Shown: positions 6,990 through 10,637 of the stretch, one piece after another
Layout of the letters: each line of letters opens with the position of its first letter
Position numbering within the stretch: position 1 is the first letter of the stretch
Assembly (NCBI GenBank): GCA_046582655.1
Contig: JAYGDX010000308.1
Coordinates: 1 to 10,637, forward strand
DNA length: 10,637 bases
Reading direction: 5' to 3'
Source: Candidatus Poribacteria bacterium
GTDB taxonomy: Bacteria; Poribacteria; WGA-4E; UBA9662
Translations under genes and position numbers: made by a program
Notes under the pieces: generated by a model
What the model saw: only the letters and a program-made list of their open reading frames with translations
What the model was told of the DNA's origin: nothing
Databases searched by the model: none

Positions 6990-7258
6990 TGGGTTCAGTT
7001 TTTAATCCCCACACACGCAACAAGAACAGATCATTAAAAATACAATTGACCAAAGATGATGAAAAATGGCTTCCTAGAGTAGCTGCTATAAAGATTCGAA
7101 GCCTCCATACCCAAAAAAGGGGAGAACACTCATCTCACATCAGAGATTGGATGATGAGATTTATGATTAATTTGAAATTCGGGATAAGAAGACGTAGAAT
7201 GAAAAAATATTTTGTCCGCAATTCAGGTGCCAATAAACTTGTTCAAAAAATGAGATAA
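6989..7258 (+). CDS. Doubtful hypothetical basic protein (89 aa)
   Basis: Its start overlaps the upstream stop (TAATG, 6987-6991) and it fills most of the gap. I recognise no motif, and it contains a terminator-like hairpin. Confidence 0.25.
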   Translation: MGSVFNPHTRNKNRSLKIQLTKDDEKWLPRVAAIKIRSLHTQKRGEHSSHIRDWMMRFMINLKFGIRRRRMKKYFVRNSGANKLVQKMR

Positions 7259-7332
7259 TATAGAGAAATCCTGAAAATTTACTTGTCACGTTATCATGTT
7301 TTAATTTTTTAGTTTGTATCCGGAGATAAATC

Positions 7333-9195
7333 ATGAAAAGCCCACGTTACACGATGTTGTCTTTCGCTGTTCTTTTTACCATATCAGTCATCGCAAGAAG
7401 CGAAAATCCAATCACCATTTTACCATATTCAGATTTTGGTTTGACTGAAAGACAAGCTGCAGCCCATTTGTTAAATCGTTTCACTTTCGGAGCTCGTCCA
7501 GGTGAAATTGATCAATTACTCGAAATGGGATTGGAGACTTGGTTTGAGAGACAACTTGATGCCAATTTGTCCTGTCCAAAGTTGGATGAACGTTTATCAA
7601 AACTCCAATCAATACATATGTCTACCGAACAAATCCTAAAGGTATACCCACCAAATGGTGCAGTGAGGTCAATGGCACACCGCGAAGGTGTCATCGATCG
7701 AAACGATCAAAATGCCAAGCCAACGGAAGTTCGCCAAAAGCTAAAAGAGTTTTCAAAAGAAAAAGGGTTTCGACCGCAACGTGAACTGTTAAATGAATTA
7801 ATCGCCCAAAAATTCCTTCGGTCAGTTTACAATGAAAACCAACTTGCAGAAGTACTCACCGATTTCTGGTTCAACCATTTCAATGTGTCAATCACAGATA
7901 ATCAGGCTAAACCTTGGGTTCTGTCCTACGAACAGGAAGCTATTCGTCCCTATGTGTTAGGACGTTTCCGGGATATGCTCGGTGCGACAGCCAAGCATCC
8001 AGCGATGTTATATTATCTGGACAACAACCAATCCAATGCGTTACCTGACGCAACGCCAAAAGCATTAAGAGAACAAAGTCGAAAGAGAAAACAGAGGTCG
8101 AAGAAAACATCGACATTAAATCGCAGTTCAACAGAGAAAGTAATGTCAGATTCTCAGATTATGATGTCAGATTCCTCGGTAAATCCAAAGACTCTCAAAC
8201 GCGGCATTAACGAAAATTATGCACGTGAGTTGATGGAACTTCACACGCTAGGAGTCGAAGGAGGATACACCCAAAAAGATGTTGTTGAGGTTGCTCGAGC
8301 ATTTACTGGTTGGAAAGTAAATCGGAAAAGTAAACGCAAAAATGGAAAGCCTAAAAGCATTATACAAGACGGTGATTTCCAATTTGTACCTTGGAACCAT
8401 GATGTTAAAGAGAAAATTATCCTAGGACAAAAGTTCCCCGTTGGAGGCAGAATAGAAGAAGGGCAACGTGTGTTGGGTATGTTGGCTGAACACCCCTCAA
8501 CCGCCAAACACATTTCACAAAAACTGGCAACATACTTCGTTTCTGAAGATCCTCCGGCAACTCTTGTTGATCGGCTTGCTAAAGTGTTTCTGCAAAAAGA
8601 TGGTAATATCAAAGCACTAATACGGGAAATTTCAGTCTCGCCTGAATTTTGGCGTGGTGAAAAAAAACACAAAACCAAATCTCCCATCAGATTGGCGGTA
8701 AGTGCGTTACGATCAACCGGAGCAGATATAAACAAATCCCGACAGCTAGCACAATGGGTAGCTAAGATGGGGCAACCCTTATATGCCTGTAGACCTCCTA
8801 CTGGTTATCCAGATCGAGGAACGTTTTGGATTAACACTGGAACGATACTGAACCGAATGAATTTCGGCATAAGTTTAGCATCCAACCAAATCCAAGGCAT
8901 TCGCCTGAATTTAGCGGATCTTGGACCTGATACCGAGCTTGGCAGTAATAATAAATCCCCTGCTGTCTATGCCAGTCTACTTCTTCCAGAACGAGACATT
9001 ACTAAAATGTGTCAACGTTTAGAACAACAAATAATATCTATTAGTGATAAAGAGAGAAAAAACACGAAAATCAAAAACATAAAAAATATCAAGCGAAGAA
9101 AAGCGAAAATCGCAGCAAAGAAGAGAGAACAAAAACAGTTGATTGTCCAAGCTGTTGGCGTTATCCTTGGATCTCCTGAATTTCAGACCTATTAA
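7333..9195 (+). CDS. DUF1800 family protein, predicted exported
   Basis: 620-aa ORF with an N-terminal hydrophobic signal. Family motifs: HLLNRFTFG.RPG, QL.EVLTDFWFNHFNVS, HPAML.YLDN, NENYARELMELHTLG, YTQ.DV.EVARAFTGW, GQ.LY....PTGYP and C-terminal SPEFQ. SD GGAG at 7322-7325. Confidence 0.93.
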   Translation: MKSPRYTMLSFAVLFTISVIARSENPITILPYSDFGLTERQAAAHLLNRFTFGARPGEIDQLLEMGLETWFERQLDANLSCPKLDERLSKLQSIHMSTEQILKVYPPNGAVRSMAHREGVIDRNDQNAKPTEVRQKLKEFSKEKGFRPQRELLNELIAQKFLRSVYNENQLAEVLTDFWFNHFNVSITDNQAKPWVLSYEQEAIRPYVLGRFRDMLGATAKHPAMLYYLDNNQSNALPDATPKALREQSRKRKQRSKKTSTLNRSSTEKVMSDSQIMMSDSSVNPKTLKRGINENYARELMELHTLGVEGGYTQKDVVEVARAFTGWKVNRKSKRKNGKPKSIIQDGDFQFVPWNHDVKEKIILGQKFPVGGRIEEGQRVLGMLAEHPSTAKHISQKLATYFVSEDPPATLVDRLAKVFLQKDGNIKALIREISVSPEFWRGEKKHKTKSPIRLAVSALRSTGADINKSRQLAQWVAKMGQPLYACRPPTGYPDRGTFWINTGTILNRMNFGISLASNQIQGIRLNLADLGPDTELGSNNKSPAVYASLLLPERDITKMCQRLEQQIISISDKERKNTKIKNIKNIKRRKAKIAAKKREQKQLIVQAVGVILGSPEFQTY

Positions 9196-9216
9196 CAAAA
9201 ATAAGGCGGAAAAAAC

Positions 9217-10476
9217 ATGTGGACACGCAGAGCCTTGCTAAAAACGGGTGGAATTGGTCTTTTCTCAGTTTCAATCGGTGGAATACCACTTTTTTTGAAT
9301 CAAGCTGTAAAAGCGGCAAAAGGAGTTAGCCAAAATCGAAAAACGCTGATTACAATCTTTCAGCGTGGGGGAATGGACGGTTTGATGGCAGTTGCTCCTT
9401 TCAGTGATCCGATGTTGCCGAAACTGCGTCCCAGTCTTTCAATGAAAGTCGCTCCTTCCCTTTTAATTGATTTAGACGGCAGATTTGGTTTGCACCCTGC
9501 CTTTAGTTCCATGGAACCACTCTTTCAATCCAAACAGCTAGCCATTGTTCACGGTGTCGGATCTCCATATCCAACCCGCTCGCACTTTGATGCTCAGGAT
9601 TATATGGAAACAGGGACACCTGGCCGAAAAGGTACAACGTCCGGTTGGCTCAACCGAGCGACTGGACTCCTTGGCCACGAACAATCCTCTTTTCAAGCCG
9701 TGTCGGTTACAAAAATTCTACCATTATCATTATATGGAAACCAACCAGCTTTGGCAATTGCAAGTCTAGAAAATTTCGATATATTAGAAAAAAAGCGACA
9801 AAAGGCAAATAAGGTAAAGGTACAACAGATTACTAATAGCTATCAAATGATTTATCGAGATGCTTCCCAAGATCTGCTTCGTCATGCTGGGAATGAAAGT
9901 TTTGAAGCTATTGAACAATTAAAGTCAATGGTGATCTCGGATTATCGTCCTGCCAACGGTGCCTCCTATCCGAAATCACCACTTGGAAGAAGCCTTCGGC
10001 AAATTGCTCAGTTGATCAAAGCAAATGTAGGGTTAGAGATTGCCTTTGCTGAATCGCGAGGCTGGGATACACACGCACGACAAGGTACAACCGAAGGTTC
10101 CTTCGCCAGAAAAGGCAAGGATTTTTCCCAATCAATTACTGCCTTATGGACAGATCTTGGCGATTACCAAAACGATGTTGTCTTGATGACAATGACCGAG
10201 TTCGGTCGAACTGTCAGCGAAAACGGGTCCGGAGGGACAGATCACGGTCGGGCTTCCTGCCTTTTTGTTCTTGGAACTCAAGTGGATGGAGGGAAAGTTC
10301 ATGGAAAGGTTCCGCATCTCGTTCCGGAACCTTTAGATAGAAGACGCGACTTGCCGGTGACAACAGACTTCCGCTCGGTGTTTTCCAACGTAGCGGGAAC
10401 ACATCTCGATATTTCTGATGATCAAGCACTATTTCCCGACTGGACTGGAGAACGACTCCCATTACTTAAGACGTAA
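9217..10476 (+). CDS. DUF1501 family protein with twin-arginine (Tat) signal
   Basis: 419-aa ORF starting MWTRRALLK. Family motifs: FQRGGMDGL, GLHP, RSHFDAQ, SGWLNR, GWDTH, TEFGRT..ENG..GTDHG and TTDFRSV. It lies 21 nt downstream of the DUF1800 gene, the usual pairing. Confidence 0.93.
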   Translation: MWTRRALLKTGGIGLFSVSIGGIPLFLNQAVKAAKGVSQNRKTLITIFQRGGMDGLMAVAPFSDPMLPKLRPSLSMKVAPSLLIDLDGRFGLHPAFSSMEPLFQSKQLAIVHGVGSPYPTRSHFDAQDYMETGTPGRKGTTSGWLNRATGLLGHEQSSFQAVSVTKILPLSLYGNQPALAIASLENFDILEKKRQKANKVKVQQITNSYQMIYRDASQDLLRHAGNESFEAIEQLKSMVISDYRPANGASYPKSPLGRSLRQIAQLIKANVGLEIAFAESRGWDTHARQGTTEGSFARKGKDFSQSITALWTDLGDYQNDVVLMTMTEFGRTVSENGSGGTDHGRASCLFVLGTQVDGGKVHGKVPHLVPEPLDRRRDLPVTTDFRSVFSNVAGTHLDISDDQALFPDWTGERLPLLKT

Positions 10477-10500
10477 TGTTTTACCTCGTAAGGCACAGAG

Positions 10501-10523
10501 ATTCTGGCCAATAAGACCGGAAT
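10501..10523 (+). terminator. Possible stem-loop downstream of the DUF1501 gene
   Basis: ATTCTGG(CC)-AATAA-(GA)CCGGAAT can form a 7-bp stem with one G-U pair, 25 nt after the stop codon. It has no U-tract, so the case for an intrinsic terminator is weak. Confidence 0.25.
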
Positions 10524-10637
10524 AGATTCCTAGCTTATATCATCGTAGATTCACATAATAAAGGCAAAGGCCTGAGCACGGCATAGCCAGAGCTCAGTAT
10601 GTCCAGGACTCTGGATTATTCCCCCCAATGAAGGAGA

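Noticed and set aside
4115..10462. Many small ORFs nested in or antisense to the four large genes
   Set aside because: They lie within or largely overlap well-supported CDSs and have no motifs or independent evidence.
1..10637. rRNA, tRNA, known riboswitch, integrase or defence-system genes
   Set aside because: I saw no such signature on either strand by eye; an Infernal/tRNAscan run would be needed to exclude them formally.

Overview
AT-rich bacterial window dominated by genes for exported or cell-envelope proteins. It opens with the 5' part of a minus-strand LamG-like secreted protein gene that the ORF track missed. Divergent from it is a secreted 602-aa protein of 16 TPR units with recent 102-bp internal duplications. 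Next comes a ~1.2-kb decayed mobile-element zone holding two different, convergent, frameshifted IS630-family transposase N-terminal relics, a possible TA-flanked MITE and a possible LexA/UmuD-like (S24) fragment; none of these appear correctly in the ORF track. A co-oriented plus-strand run follows: a CBM9-like/DUF5916 protein, a YjiK/SdiA-regulated beta-propeller protein, a doubtful 89-aa ORF, and a DUF1800 + Tat-exported DUF1501 pair. The LamG/TPR/CBM9 style recalls Ca. Poribacteria, but that is only an impression. I found no rRNA, tRNA, CRISPR array, reverse transcriptase or integrase, and I cannot support a clearly new system. The best leads are the uncharacterised envelope cluster, the repeat dynamics of the TPR gene and the double IS630 relic. 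All family calls come from recognising motifs by eye, not from database searches.
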